Shown piece by piece: positions 35,356-47,924 of a DNA stretch of 64,000 nucleotides. Both the position numbers and the translations under genes were made by a program. The notes below the pieces were generated by a model. The model ran no database searches, was not told the DNA's origin, and was given only the letters and a program-made list of their open reading frames with translations. Each line of letters opens with the position of its first letter. The stretch's first letter is position 1. The stretch lies in NCBI RefSeq assembly GCF_018350175.1, contig NC_058368.1:208074001-208138000 (forward strand), given 5' to 3'. Source of the stretch: Felis catus (taxonomy: Eukaryota).

Positions 35356-35742
35356 CCTCGCCATATTTACTCTTTCGCCCCTTCTCTGAACTTCTTGGGT
35401 TTGAAGAGCAAGACATTCTCTTGGTTACCCAGGTAGTTCCCTGCCATCAGTTGCCCACAGGTGTTCTGGTGGCCAGAGTGATGCCCATGGCTGAACTCCA
35501 GTGTCTCAGTCTTGACCTAGGCCTTACCCTTCTCCCGCATGGTGTCTCCACCATGCTTCTGGTTAAGGGGTATGTGAATAGATCAGGAAACAACTGTGAA
35601 TGATAAAGCTTTCCTTAAAAGCGTATGTTGGCCCACAACTTGTAGTTGGCCCAGCACAGAAGCTATACAAAGAGGCCCCATCAGCAGCATCAGGTCACTG
35701 GGGGTTTTCGATTTCATGGTCTGCTCCTTGATGTTCCCCACC

Positions 35743-35920
35743 AGGGGCAGACTCAGACTTTGTGAGGCCTGAGCTTATGTAATTTGTCAATTCTCTGTTT
35801 TAGAAAGAGAAGTACAAAATTAGAAACACATAATTACACTCGGGGTCTCGTAAGGGGCCCTTGCCAGTGAAGGAGCCTGAAACCTGTGCTTTCTTAATTT
35901 CCCAGGAAGCCTGCCACTTC
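35743..35920. mobile_element. hAT MITE (MER53-like)
   Basis: 'caggggcagactcagactttgtgaggcctgagcttatgtaatttg...aaggggcccttgccagtgaaggagcctgaaac'. Confidence 0.65.
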
Positions 35921-36279
35921 CTCCTCTGAATTCTACTCCTCCGCTTGTGAAAACAGAAAACAATCACTCCAGTACCCCGGCCCACTCTTTCATACCCCGT
36001 TGCTTTTTACACACGGGTGGTAAGAAACTGAGTAAGGGACCTTGAGCTTAACATTGTTTATGTCCTGTGAATGTTGGACTTACTCAGGCCAGGGGCCCCT
36101 CTCTGTTTAATTCTCTGGGTGCTTTAACACCATGTTCCTATCCTTTGACACCATGAAGTTGCCAGAGGCTTGTTTATTTCTGTCCCCCCCTCTGAGGTCT
36201 TCCCTGAGCTTCAGGCTTGTGTGTGTGGTTGCCGCGGGTCTTGACCTTCCCGTGGGTCTTCTCTTTCCCTCACTCTCCC

Positions 36280-37040
36280 CCATCTGTCACAGGCCTGTTG
36301 CTTCTTTCTCCAAAATAAACCTCAAGTCCAGCCCCCCCCCCACTTTTTTGCACCTCCACTGCCACCAGCCTACTTCAGGTCATGTCAACTTCCTATATGG
36401 TCTCCCCATAAACACAAACATTCCACTCCAATACAGTTTCTGTTTAGAACCTAGAATAATGTGCTGACACCTAAATCAGATAAACAGAAAAACAACCTGT
36501 AACCTGGATCATCGCCATCCCCGACATGATACCCCCTAATGGCTTCTCACTGGGTTTTAAATAAAATTCCTTATTGTGGTTCCCACAGTCCTGCATGATC
36601 TGTCTCCAGCCTTAGCTCCACCACTCTCCTTGCAAGGCCTCTGATTCATTCCTGGCTCCAGGCTCATTGCTGTGTCCCCTGACTTGGGGGCCCTCATCTC
36701 TGCTCTTTGCAGGGTGGGCGCTTCTGTTCTTCTTCTCTCTACCAAGACATCCGAGAAAGCTTTTCAGTCCCCGGCAAGAGCGTCGGCCCACCCTCCCCAT
36801 TATCACTGCCTACTATTTGCTCCTTTACAGTAAGAGCCTAGTATTTTTGGAAATTGTATAGTTTTTTTTGTTGTTGTTGTTTGCTCACTTGTTCAATGTC
36901 TTTTCTTCCATTAAGCTGCAAGCTCATAAGAAGGGTAAGGACCTTGTCTGGTTTTCCCCCAACATATATTACATGCCTTGGATACTGACCAGAGAAATTG
37001 GCACTAAGCACATCTCTGTTCAATGAATGAATGAATGAGC
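36280..37040 (+). mobile_element. L2 3' region
   Basis: L2 motifs ending 'gcaagctcataagaagggtaaggaccttgtctggttt...tgttcaatgaatgaatgaatga'. Confidence 0.75.
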
Positions 37041-37609
37041 TACCTCCAAACGTGGAACAGACATGATTATATTTGTCACAATAAATTTAATTCTTTCCAT
37101 GTATTTTTCCTGGCTTGACGATGAACTCTGTAGGCAGGTTGTAAATAACATTTACTCTCTGTATGTATTGCCAACATTTAACACAGTGCTCAAGATGCAC
37201 ATATCCTACTAAGTACTCAATTAATGCATATTTAATTAAATTAGCTTCCAAATTATTGATGACCACCAGCTCTCCACTTAGCAACATTCAAAGGAACACA
37301 AGAGAGAAGATCATCTCAGCTGGAGGAGCAGATCCTAGGGAGAGAATTTGTAGAAGTACCCAGGAATAGGATAAACACAAGTTAATTCCACAGCAGTCAG
37401 TTTGAGAGACACGCGAGACAGTAGATAACACCATGTCACTAACTGAAGTATTAATGTAGTATTACGGTAGTTTGTACAAAGGAAGAAAAGTCACAACTCT
37501 TCCCTGAGCATATCAGCACGATTTCTGTGATTTTCTGTGATGGCCATTACATTAAAGAGGTGTCCAATAAACATTCATGTATTTCAATGAAATACCAATC
37601 GTCACTTTT

Positions 37610-37698
37610 TAAATTTTTATTTATTTGTATTTTATTTTATTTTATTTTATTTTATTATTATTTTTATCTTTTATTTTTATTTATTTTCAATTTTTATT
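37610..37698 (-). mobile_element. Tail-only (poly-A-derived) retrotransposition insert
   Basis: 89 bp T-rich tract between perfect 17-bp direct repeats taccaatcgtcactttt (37593-37609 / 37699-37715). Confidence 0.8.
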
Positions 37699-38640
37699 TA
37701 CCAATCGTCACTTTTGAATGTCCTGATCTGATGGAACCGTTTATCTCTCCAACTAAATTATAATCTTACTGAAAGTAAAACCTTGGACGTGTAATTACTA
37801 TTTCTTTGAATCTTCCCTAACAGTGCCCCATAGTTTTGGCAGAGAGAATGCTGCAGTGTTGACTGATATTCACCATATTTCCACCCTATATGCCAATGCA
37901 CAAAACCAGACGCTTCATTGCTATTTAGGGGTGTCAAAGCGTTCATCTGCCTTCCTGTTAATTCCCAACCCTGGAAGGGATCTTACATATCGCCCGGCGA
38001 CACCTTCTCTTTACTGACAAGGAAACGGCCTAGAGAAGGTGTCTTGCTACGCGGTACCAGGGCAAGAACTAGGCTCCAGGCTTCCCAGCTTGGGATCCCA
38101 TGTTTATTCTACTGTAGGAATGCTGAGGGTGTGGCTGCAGAAGGATAAGGAAAGAAATAGAAATTAGATATGATTTACTGACGTTACAGATTATTTAATG
38201 TGATTCTTGAGCATCGGGAAGTATTTTTATTTTATCAGGTTCATCAGTGAAAGCACAGTAACAATTCCCAGGTTAATGCTAAATTAATTTGCCTCATAAA
38301 GACTCTATTGTACTCAAACAGGGAGGAAATGTACAGAATTAGACTGGTCATATTTCATAGAGACAATGTTTGTTTGTGATTTATGATACTGTCCTGTTAT
38401 TTTTCATAAGACATAATTCATCCCAAAGCTTTAATTTATGATTATGTTATCTATCTACAAAAGGAAAAAGGCATTTTTTTTTCCCCCAGACAAATAAATA
38501 GCTAGCGGAAAGTGCTTAATTATCAAGGTAGCTTTTAACTTTGATTTACTCTTTTTTTCATGATTTTGATAAATATTAAAAATCAGTGTAAGCCTCTGAT
38601 TGAGATATAAGAAGACTGAACAAGGACCGTCCACAATTTG

Positions 38641-38680
38641 AATTTTCCCAGATGACCCAGAATTTTCCCAGATGGCCCAG
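38641..38680. repeat. 20-bp tandem duplication
   Basis: aattttcccagatgacccag / aattttcccagatggcccag (1 mismatch). Confidence 0.9.
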
Positions 38681-39282
38681 ACCCACACAGTTGAAAGAAG
38701 ACTTCTCTCCTACTGGAAAGCTGCATGTCTTATAGTGCTAAAGGGTCCCCCAAAAGTAATTCCCTACAGCTCTTTGGGGAGATCTGTTCTCCCCCACTGA
38801 GCAGGCTACCAGTCCAGGGAGTTATTACCTCTTGCTGCACATTGGTATTATCTGCGGGGGTGGGGGTTGGGGGGGGTAGGTTGGGAGGCTTAAAAATATC
38901 ACTTAGTTCTCATCCCAGACCAATTCACTTTGAATTCTGAGTGTCTGTACTCTAAGTAGTCTAAATGTTTAAAATATTTGAAATGATGTAAACCTGATGT
39001 ACAGCCAGGGTTGAAAACCACTGGTCTGGGTGGGTTCTTCTGCCCAGCTGAACTGCTGTGTCCCAGCCCCTGCCCGGGTGGGAGAAGGAACCACATGGGG
39101 AATGGAAAGGCTGGTTCTACAAGATCCCATTGTGTTTTCCAATCCTGACCTGAGGAGTAGGGAAGAGAATGGCAGTTCCAGGTGTGTGCCTGGAGGACAG
39201 ATTTGGTTTTGTTTCCTTTCGTTTTAGTCTTTCTGCCAAAGGTGAAGAAAAAAAGAGAAACAAAGGGCCTCCACTATCTCCT

Positions 39283-39485
39283 AGAGAAGTTTTTCAACCT
39301 CGGCTGTATTAACATTTGGGGCTGGATACTTCTTTGTTGTGAAGGGCTGTCCTGTGCATTGCAGGATGTTAAGCAGCACCCCTGGCTTCTACCCAGTAGA
39401 TGTCAATAGCACTCCCCTCCCTGAGTTGTGACGACTAAAAAGGATCTCCAAATGACCTCAAGAGCCATGAATTGCCCCTGGTTGA
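39283..39485 (+). mobile_element. MER20 (hAT-Charlie)
   Basis: 'ttcaacctcggctgtattaacatttggggctggatacttctttgttgtgaagggctgtcctgtgcattgcaggatgttaagcagcacccctggcttctaccc'. Confidence 0.88.
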
Positions 39486-40343
39486 TGTAGCCTCGACATA
39501 GCAGCCAAAGCTCTGATGGAGAATTTGGTGGTGACTGGGAGGGCATGGCTTTTGTAACTATTGGCAGAGGAAGACAAGGAGGGTTTGTTGGTGAAGACAT
39601 TGGTGGAGATGGGGATTTTGACCAAGGCAGCAAGCAAAACCCTAAAGGTAGGCATAGTGCCCGTGACTGTAGGCCAGCTGTGGGTGGTGGAAAAGACTTC
39701 CAAAGCCTGGTCACACTATGCTTTGGACAAGGGGAGCAGTTGCGGACTCTTCAAAAAGAAGTAAGGTGTTGGTTGACCTTTGGGGCCGGTGGAAGGAAAC
39801 ATGAAAGTGGTGTCGAAGTGTTGGCAGGGAACTTGAATGCCACTTTTGAAGGATTAAAATATCACATTTGGGTTGGACTCTTGAAATAGCCAGTGAAAAG
39901 CAGCTATCCTTGATAAGGCAAGACTCCCAGATGCTAAGTCAATGGAATGATTTACTTAACACTATAATTAATATTTCATTCGTCATAGGTATTAAAGTAG
40001 GACCTGAAAAGTTAGACCACATTTCCATCCACTCTCATAAATGCGGTCATATTTACCTACTTGCTCTCTCTCCTCTGATACAAGAGGAAGGGGAGGTTGG
40101 AGAGGACAGAAAGGAGTAACTTCCAAAGCCTGTGATTAGTCCTGGATTTAGGGATCATATGACTTTCATTTTATAGAGAGTCGTAAACTTTAAAGCAGCA
40201 AGTGATGTTAGAGGTTATGGCCCATCAAGTATCAATCTTAATAAAAACTATGGACTATGAGAATGTTGTATGAACCGATTCTAACTTTGAAAATGCATTT
40301 GGCTAAATGCTAGGAATGTTAAGTAGTATCCATGCTTCAAAGT

Positions 40344-40344
40344 A

Positions 40345-40397
<53 letters not shown>
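40344..40397. repeat. Poly(A) plus (AT)n microsatellite
   Basis: A run followed by a perfect AT run. Confidence 0.95.
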
Positions 40398-40400
<3 letters not shown>

Positions 40401-40686
40401 CCATTTCCCCTTCAGACTTAGAATTGCCATTTTGCCACCACTTACTCAACAGTTTAGGAAATGTACTGTTAATTCAGCATCTTCAAGTGTTTCAGTGGAA
40501 ATAAACCACTTGCCACTTGGAAAAATCGTTGAAATGTGTTTGGAGAACAGTACACCGAGGTTTAGCTGGTCACGGTCCAGGCCCCATATCACATTGCAAA
40601 CAGGCTGCTTTTAGACCAGCTCAGCTTGTGCTTACTCTTTTTTTTTTTTTTAAGGTCATAGAAGCTGAAGGTTGAAAAGCAAACAG

Positions 40687-40688
<2 letters not shown>

Positions 40689-40735
<47 letters not shown>
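40689..40735. repeat. (CA)n microsatellite
   Basis: Perfect run. Confidence 0.95.
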
Positions 40736-40736
<1 letters not shown>

Positions 40737-42489
40737 TTTCTTCAGCTTAGAGATAAGCAGGAAACCCAGAGAACATGTTCTTAACAATAAGACCTCAGTA
40801 ATAATACTGAATAGAAAGTCAACTAAGTGGGTCTGACAGAAGTCCAGGCAGACGTCCAGGAGATTCTTGTGGTGAGCTGCTGAGTCACTCCCAGAGCCTC
40901 TCTTCCTCATCTGTACATTGGGGATATAAGCAAGGAAGCTTGTATCACTACGAAAGCATGATCTTGTTGGCATATTTTGAAAAAAAGTGTTTATGAATGC
41001 ATAGATCATTTCTGAGAGACACATCCTCTCCAGAGACAGAGGTAGAGTTAATGCACAATCCCATGTTCTGAACGATGGGTTGAAAAGTGTTGTTGGTATC
41101 ATCATGATCGCCTCTAAATTAATTCCAACTCCGTGACAGTTATTATGTATGCAGCTGCCTATAACCCCATGCACCTGACTTCACCCATCTTCAGACACTC
41201 CTGGCTCTGCCTCCAGCTTGCGGTGGGATTTAGGGGAAGTTACTTACCCTCTCTGAGCATTGCTTTCCTTGTCTGTCAAGGGGAGAGGGAGAAGTAGGTC
41301 AATCTCTGGGGCTTCCAGCTCTCTCCCATTCAATAGTCAAGATGAGCCAGCTGCAGTGAGTGTGTGGATGCCCTGCTCCACTCACTCTCCTATAAAGGTC
41401 TCTATCCTGCTGGCAGTAAGAACTTACAGGAGTTTCCCATACAGTTAGGAGGAAGGAGAGGCTCTGAGCTAGTGTGTGTGTGTTTGGCTGATAGAGAAGA
41501 GGGGTAAGGGGACTTGGGAAAGCCACGTTGAATGCTGAAACTCCGGTGCTCCGGAGAAAGGCTTGATAGGTGAGCGCCACGGGACACCATCCCGGCACAG
41601 GGTCCTGCTCCGATCTGCAGAGGTGGGGGGTGGGGGGAGGACACACAAAGAACGTCAGAGGGCCTCTTCTTACATGCGATGCGAGGCCCAGGGAGATGTG
41701 GCCTCTGTAACGCCGGCTGGGACCCTGAGCTCTAAGTGCTGTCAGTGGGTTTGCAGCAAAATCATCCCAACAAGTGCAGAAAGATCCTACAAATAAGAGT
41801 ATTTGGATTTCAAATGTTAAGTAACCAAGGGAAGACACCTGTGTAGGAGGTGTGACCTCATGTCTCCATATTCTAAAGAAGATATTTACAAAAGCATAGG
41901 TTGTTCCCCGAGAGCTTAGGCGATGGGACCGGTGGGCAGAGAGAAGGTGCAGGTGGAAGGAGGCTTGCTTTTTATTGTAGAGTGTTAAAAGAAAAGAAAG
42001 TATCACATGCAACTTTAACCTTGTCTAATAAAAGTTCTAATTAGTGCTAAACGTAGAGGTGAGATCTGATATGAATTGTGTGATTTAAGAGGTTTGTGAA
42101 CCACTTGCCAACCAGCAGGTCACGGGAAGTAATGGGTTGCCTCGAACCCAGACATCCCCTGGGGAGACAATGTCACTTGATGAGAAGGTTTGGGCTTCAG
42201 ACTAAGACAGACATGAACTTGAAGCCTGGCTCCATCACCAAATGCGGAGCTATACAGCCCAGAGGGTGGTAACCTCTGAGCCTGTTTTCTCTATAAAACG
42301 TGAAAAGAACACCCACTTTGTAGATTATGGGGTGGAATCAGACAACAGAAGTACAAGTTTTTATTCCTATTTTTAAACAGTAGGTGCTGGCGCTATAGAT
42401 AATTTATGCCATCTGACCATTATTCATTGTCTCATCCTGGGTCTGCCCAACACAGAATCGAATACAGATGGACTGATTTTACAGACACT

Positions 42490-42735
42490 TCAATAGTACT
42501 TGCTACATGCCAGGCATCCTTCTAAATGCCACATAAATTGTAACTCATTTAGTCCTCATAGGAATCCCAAGACGTAGGTACTGCGATTATCATCCCCATT
42601 TTCCAGGTGAGCGAGCTGAGGCACGGGGAGAGGTCAAGTAACTTGGCCAGAGGCACAAAGGCAGCCAGTGGTGGTGCCAGGATCCAGGCCATCCGCTAAG
42701 CAGAGTGCTCTCCCTCACCCCGATGTAGTGCTGCC
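42490..42735 (-). mobile_element. MIR
   Basis: 'ctcatttagtcctcatagg...atccccattttccaggtgagcgagctgaggcacgggg...aagtaacttggccagaggcac'. Confidence 0.82.
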
Positions 42736-43719
42736 CCACGCAAAACTGGAACTATAGCCCGACGTCTTTAACACACTTGGCCTTCTCTGGAGGAATGTGT
42801 TAGAGATCCAAGTTAGAGGTGCCACTCTGCCCCTTCTTCCCACCCTCAGGTCTGGGAGTTAAATAGTAACTAGTAGACTCACTCTTTTCCCGGTAGAAGT
42901 AGAAGAAAAATGCTCTGCTCCCCTCGGCCTCAGCAGTTACAGAAAATGCCTCCCAGGCCTCCCTGTACCCAAGCTCGAGCTCTCCATTATACCTTTGTGT
43001 CCCTGCTGCCTGCATGCAAACACGCAACGCTGAACTATGCCGTGTGTACAGCATTCAATAAATATTTGTTGGGTGCCCACTAGGTGCGCGGGGCTTTCAG
43101 AGTCTACGGAAAAACAGTCCAAGTGACCAGCACCTGCCCTCAGGAGACCTAAGGACTGTGACTGGAGAGCACTAGGAAATACACAGGAAAACATAACCAG
43201 CAACGGGATAACAGATGGGAGGTGTTAAGTGAATTGAGTTTAGGGATGTGATTCAGCCTGGGTCAGGCCAGTTCAAAGTGGAGTCTGACCACAGGAATGA
43301 ATATGGGCAGAGGACATCCTGGAAGACTGGACTTTCTTTGCATAATAAAACATGTCTGACATCCCCATCCAATCCTGAAGTTCAGTCTCTGGAAGTAGGA
43401 GGATATCAGAGAGTTTCCCTCCTGGAGGTTAAATTGGTGGCCATCCTACTGTGAGTAATGGAGATCTCTTCTTCCAGAAAGGCTCCCAGAGCCCCTTGAG
43501 CCTGAGTTAGCCCCTTCTCTGTCCTCCCAGGTCACCCTGGGCCTGTCCCCAGCTTTGCCCCTTGACACATGCCGTAAGGATCTGCTTCAACCAGTTCGGA
43601 CTGGTTTCTGCTGAAGACTTCCTTGAGCCTGTGTATTGTCAATATGCAGCCTTCCTCAGACACATTTGGCCATAGATTCTCACTTGAGGAATACCCATAA
43701 ACTAGAACTCTGAACAGCA

Positions 43720-44900
43720 CCACGTAAAAGTGCTGTGCCGGCTGCGGAGGAGACAGAAATCCCAGGACAAGGCCCCACCCTCGAGGACTCAGATTTTAGT
43801 GGGGAAGATAAAAGCCTGCATGAGGAGGCTCCTAAGTGCCAGATTACAGGGGGGTACAGGGATGTGGTAGCCAATGGGGGAAAAGGCTCAGAGAAGGCTT
43901 CAAAGAGAAGCTGATGCAGAACTGAGTTTTCCAGGGTGACTTGGCATCCACCAAGATAAAGGGAAAGGGCATTCTAGGTACCGGGCGCTTGAGCATGAAG
44001 ACATGGAATTAGGAGACAGCACGATGCTCCAGGAAGTGGCCACTATTCGTAGGTGAAGCATGAGGTGCTACCAGGAAAATGGTTGTTAATAAACCTAGAA
44101 AAAAGAGGGCAAATCAGGAAGGAGGTTGCACACCGGGCATTGGGTTTGAATTTTATCTGGCGGTAGGTAATGAGCAGTCACTGAACCGTGGGTAAGATCC
44201 TCAGCTTCCCGCAGTGTAAGGGACAATGACAGAGTCACATGGGGGCCTGACTGGGAGGTTGTAAACCTGGACACAGATGACTGGTGGAAACTGCTGAAAT
44301 GTCCAGGTGAGAGATGCTAAGAGATAAGCAAGAAATTGACAATGTGGAAGGAAGAGTATGACAAATGAACAGCTGATTAAGAGGCAAAGTTGACTTATGG
44401 ATGGAGAAAGATCGACGAGTCAAAGGTGACTCCCCAGTTTCTGGCTTGGATGACCATGTATCACTGTCAGGACAGAGAACCAGGCAGGGGAACAGAGTCC
44501 CGTGTGGAGGGGGAGAGAACAGCTTCAGTTGGGGGGATGCTGATTTTTAGGTTTTTATGGACTGTTCAGGTAGAATTCCAGGTCTGCAGTTAAGGCTGGA
44601 AATATGTATTTGGGAGTCGTCAACTTAAAAACAGTATCTCGAGGCACTGGAGTGGGTGTAATCACCTCGCAAAATGAAAAGAAGCTAGCCATAATGCAGA
44701 ATCTTGGAGAACAAATGCCAAGTGGGCATGGAGGAAGGAACCAGGAGGTCCCAGTGGAGTGACGTGGCAAAAACTCATGGAAATAGGGTCTGGAAATCGG
44801 GACCTGTGTGTTGTTTCTGCTACTACAGGGGGTGCATAAGCCCATGTCAGAGCCATGCTGTGGTCGGAACTTGAGGTCCGTGAGAGAAATGATGAACTGA
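43720..44900 (-). mobile_element. Fragmented L2
   Basis: L2 antisense motifs ('gtcaaaggtgactccccagtttctggcttggatgac', 'ggctggaaatatgtatttgggagtcgtcaac'). Confidence 0.65.
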
Positions 44901-45628
44901 CACCAGACCACCTACATGCACCTTGCATCTCTCCCTCATCCGGTCTCTGCTCCAGTCCTTCGAGTTTGTGTGCTGGTTGGCTGGCCCCTCTAAGGTCAAA
45001 CTTCCTGCTGTGTTCCCTGCTCTACCTCTGTCCTTGTCCACCCTGCCACACCAATGTTGGCTTCCAGCATCAACCCAGAGCTGCTGGCCTCTGTTAAATG
45101 GTGCCTACACTCACTCCTTCCCCCAATTCCAGAGGACCAGGACCAAAATGATCAGGAAAGACATCAGGGTTTGAGGCTTAGATCTAGAAGTCATCTTCAT
45201 ACACAAAGCCATAACTGAGACCATGGCTGAGATTAGCAAGGTAGAATTTGAAAAAGGGGAGGAAAGGGACAAAAGGAAATTTGAGCACTAATCTGCTTTC
45301 AGGGGAACAAGGGAGGCTATAAAGTAATATTCCAGAAGACTCAAAAAGAAGCCAGAGAACACAGTGATATGGAAACCATGGTTGCTGACTGGTAACGGAA
45401 GGAGCGGTGCTCGGGGTGCTGAATGCTGCAGAGATTACAGAAGGTGGATGGAGAACAGGGTTTGGCAATGCAGAAGTCAGACAGCCTGCTACAGAGACAT
45501 TTCGGTCACGTGCTGTTGGCAGAAAACAGGTAAAAGTAAAGGAAGTGAAGGGAAAGGGAAAGTTCTTTCCAGAAGTTTAATGGTGGAGGCAACAAGTTTA
45601 ATCAGTCAATGTAATTCATTTAATTCTT

Positions 45629-45854
45629 TTTTTTTTTATTAATTTTTTTTTCAACGTTTATTTATTTTTGGGACAGAGAGAGACAGAGCATGAACGGGGG
45701 AGGGGCAGAGAGAGAGGGAGACACAGAATCGGAAACAGGCTCCAGGCTCTGAGCCATCAGCCCAGAGCCCGACGCGGGGCTCGAACTCACGGACCGCGAG
45801 ATCGTGACCTGGCTGAAGTCGGACGCTTAACCGACTGCGCCACCCAGGCACCCC
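45629..45854 (-). mobile_element. Young felid CAN-SINE (SINEC_Fc1-like)
   Basis: Nearly identical to the reverse complement of 31301-31519; perfect 18-bp TSD gtaattcatttaattctt (45611-45628 / 45855-45872). Confidence 0.97.
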
Positions 45855-46559
45855 GTAATTCATTTAATTCTTGAACGTCTACTCTGTCCAAGGCACTAAG
45901 ATGATCAAACTTTAAAATCTGAAAGTGTCTAAGGCTGCCGGAACGGAGTGTAATTAAGAAGATAAGCTACACACAAAATGTCCCCTGAAGAAACAGGACA
46001 CTGCAGAATCGTTTGCACGTTTTCAATACTAAGTCCTGTTCTCATGCGACACTTCTGTCCCTCTCTAATTTCATCCAGTTCTGCAGCTGCAAAGACCACC
46101 TGTGACATACGCCCTCTGTGCTAATGAGACCCCGAGATGTGCCTCAGGTCCCGACCTGCCCCCCAGTCTCCAGATCTGTGGCTTTGCCGTCTGACTATTC
46201 CTATTTTACCCCGTGGGTTCTGCAGCTGGGCTCGTGACCCTTCCAGTATTGGGGCCAGAACACCTGAAGTCAAATTTGGGAGCCCTTTACCAAACATGCT
46301 TTAGGAGTCTAATGCAGGGGCGTTCAAACTCTCTTTCTTGGAGACCTAGACACGGCCCCTGGTTTAGCTTTAGAGAAGAGCAGGAAAAGGCCTTGCGTAC
46401 ATGAACCCCATATCCCTGATTCACTTTCTGTTTCTACTCTTTGTTTTTTCTGTGGCCCATTTCTGAGTTATGGTTTTGCTGGAAGGCTCCTGGGGGATGC
46501 CTGCTCGTGCTGTCTTTCCTGGCCATAGGTCTGGGGGAAGGTGGAGGGCCCAGAAAGGC

Positions 46560-46720
46560 GTACTGTGGGAGGGGGTGGGGGCTGTCCCGTGCACGGTAGG
46601 GTTTTGAGGAGCATCCCTGGCCTTTGCCCCTCGATGCCAATAGCACCTTCCTCTCCAGATGTGACAAGCAAACATGTCTCCAGACTTTACCGATGTCCCT
46701 CGGCTGAGAAACACCACTGC
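46560..46720 (+). mobile_element. MER20 fragment
   Basis: 'gggggctgtcccgtgcacggtagggttttgaggagcatccctggcctttgcccctcgatgccaatagcacc...gtgacaagcaaacatgtctccagac'. Confidence 0.82.
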
Positions 46721-47360
46721 TGGCTCTCTGCTCCTGCAAAGCAATATTTGCAAATACAATGACTAACTTTTCAGCCCAGGAGGGATGGCGTCCCTGGGTC
46801 CGCGGGAGCCCCCGAGGGGAAAGCCCTTGCCCCTTGCTTTGTAATCCTCTCGCCTACAAGCCACTTCTGTGTCTTTTCTTTATGCAACACCAACTCTCCA
46901 GCTCAGACTTCCAGGTCCCGCCTGAGTTGATAATCTCATTACAACTAATCCTGTTTACGGCCACTCTCTTGGCAAAACAATCTTGTCAGGACCTTTCCTT
47001 GCCACCCACTGTTCTTGCTGCTCCATTGTTACTGGGGGCCGAGGCCTGGCAGTGTATAAGCTTTCATTGATAGGGCTTATCCTGTTTACGGGGAGTCCGC
47101 AGCAGGGCCTCATCAAATACTTCCATCCCTTCCTTCAATAAATGGCTCCCTTTGATCTGCGTAAGGCAAATGGTGTTTATCAGAAGCTGGGCTTCCTCTA
47201 GCTGCTGATGGGGACATCCTGTCCCAGAAAGCACCCCAAAATAACATTTCTGAATTTCAGAATATTTCCAGGTTTCTCTTCTTTTGTAAGCATTTCCCCC
47301 CCCCCCCACCCAGGGTGTCTCTTTATGGAAAGCGAAGAAAGGGTTTGATTTTACTGGTTC

Positions 47361-47587
47361 TTTTTTAATGTTTATATATTTTTGAGAGAAAGACAGAGAC
47401 AGAGCACAAGCAGGGTGGGGCTGGGGGAGGGGCAGAGAGAGAGGGAGACCTGGAATCTGAAGCAGGCTCCAGGTTCTGAGCTGTCAGGACGGAGCCCGAG
47501 GCGGGGCTCCAACCCGGGCACCGAACCGTGAGATCATGACCTGAGCCAAAGTTGGACGCTTAACCCACTGAGCCACCCAGGCGCCCC
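47361..47587 (-). mobile_element. CAN-SINE
   Basis: Body ending ctgagccacccaggcgcccc with T-rich tail. Confidence 0.94.
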
Positions 47588-47924
47588 TGGCTGGTTTTAG
47601 TTTTTGAAGCCCAAGGTAACACACAGCTGAATGGTTTTCTGCATGCAGATCACCAAACAGGAGAAAAAGACAGGGCTGACGGCAGTACAAGCTTTCGAAA
47701 CTAGGAACACATACAAGACTAGGGCTGGCCAGGTGAAATACCTTTTTGTATTGTTAATTTAAAATTTAAGTTATCTAACAAGGTGAAAAAGAGGTCGTGG
47801 GTGTTCGTCATCTGACCGACAGGGTGGTGGAAGCTAGTTCAATTATGCAGATGAAGAATAAGTGGAGTTTTACACTTTCTGAGCTTTTAAGGGCTGGCCA
47901 GGTGAAGACCACTTCTCTGTCTAC

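Noticed and set aside
39545..39889. Gly-rich 114-aa ORF
   Set aside because: Non-ATG start, no recognisable homology; composition explained by purine-rich degenerate sequence.
40656..41174. 172-aa minus-strand ORF
   Set aside because: Runs through a (CA)n microsatellite (CVCVCV) and MIR-like sequence; no protein resemblance.
41299..42012. Longest ORF in the track (237 aa, minus strand)
   Set aside because: No recognisable domain or family resemblance and no supporting gene structure; compatible with a chance ORF in 64 kb.
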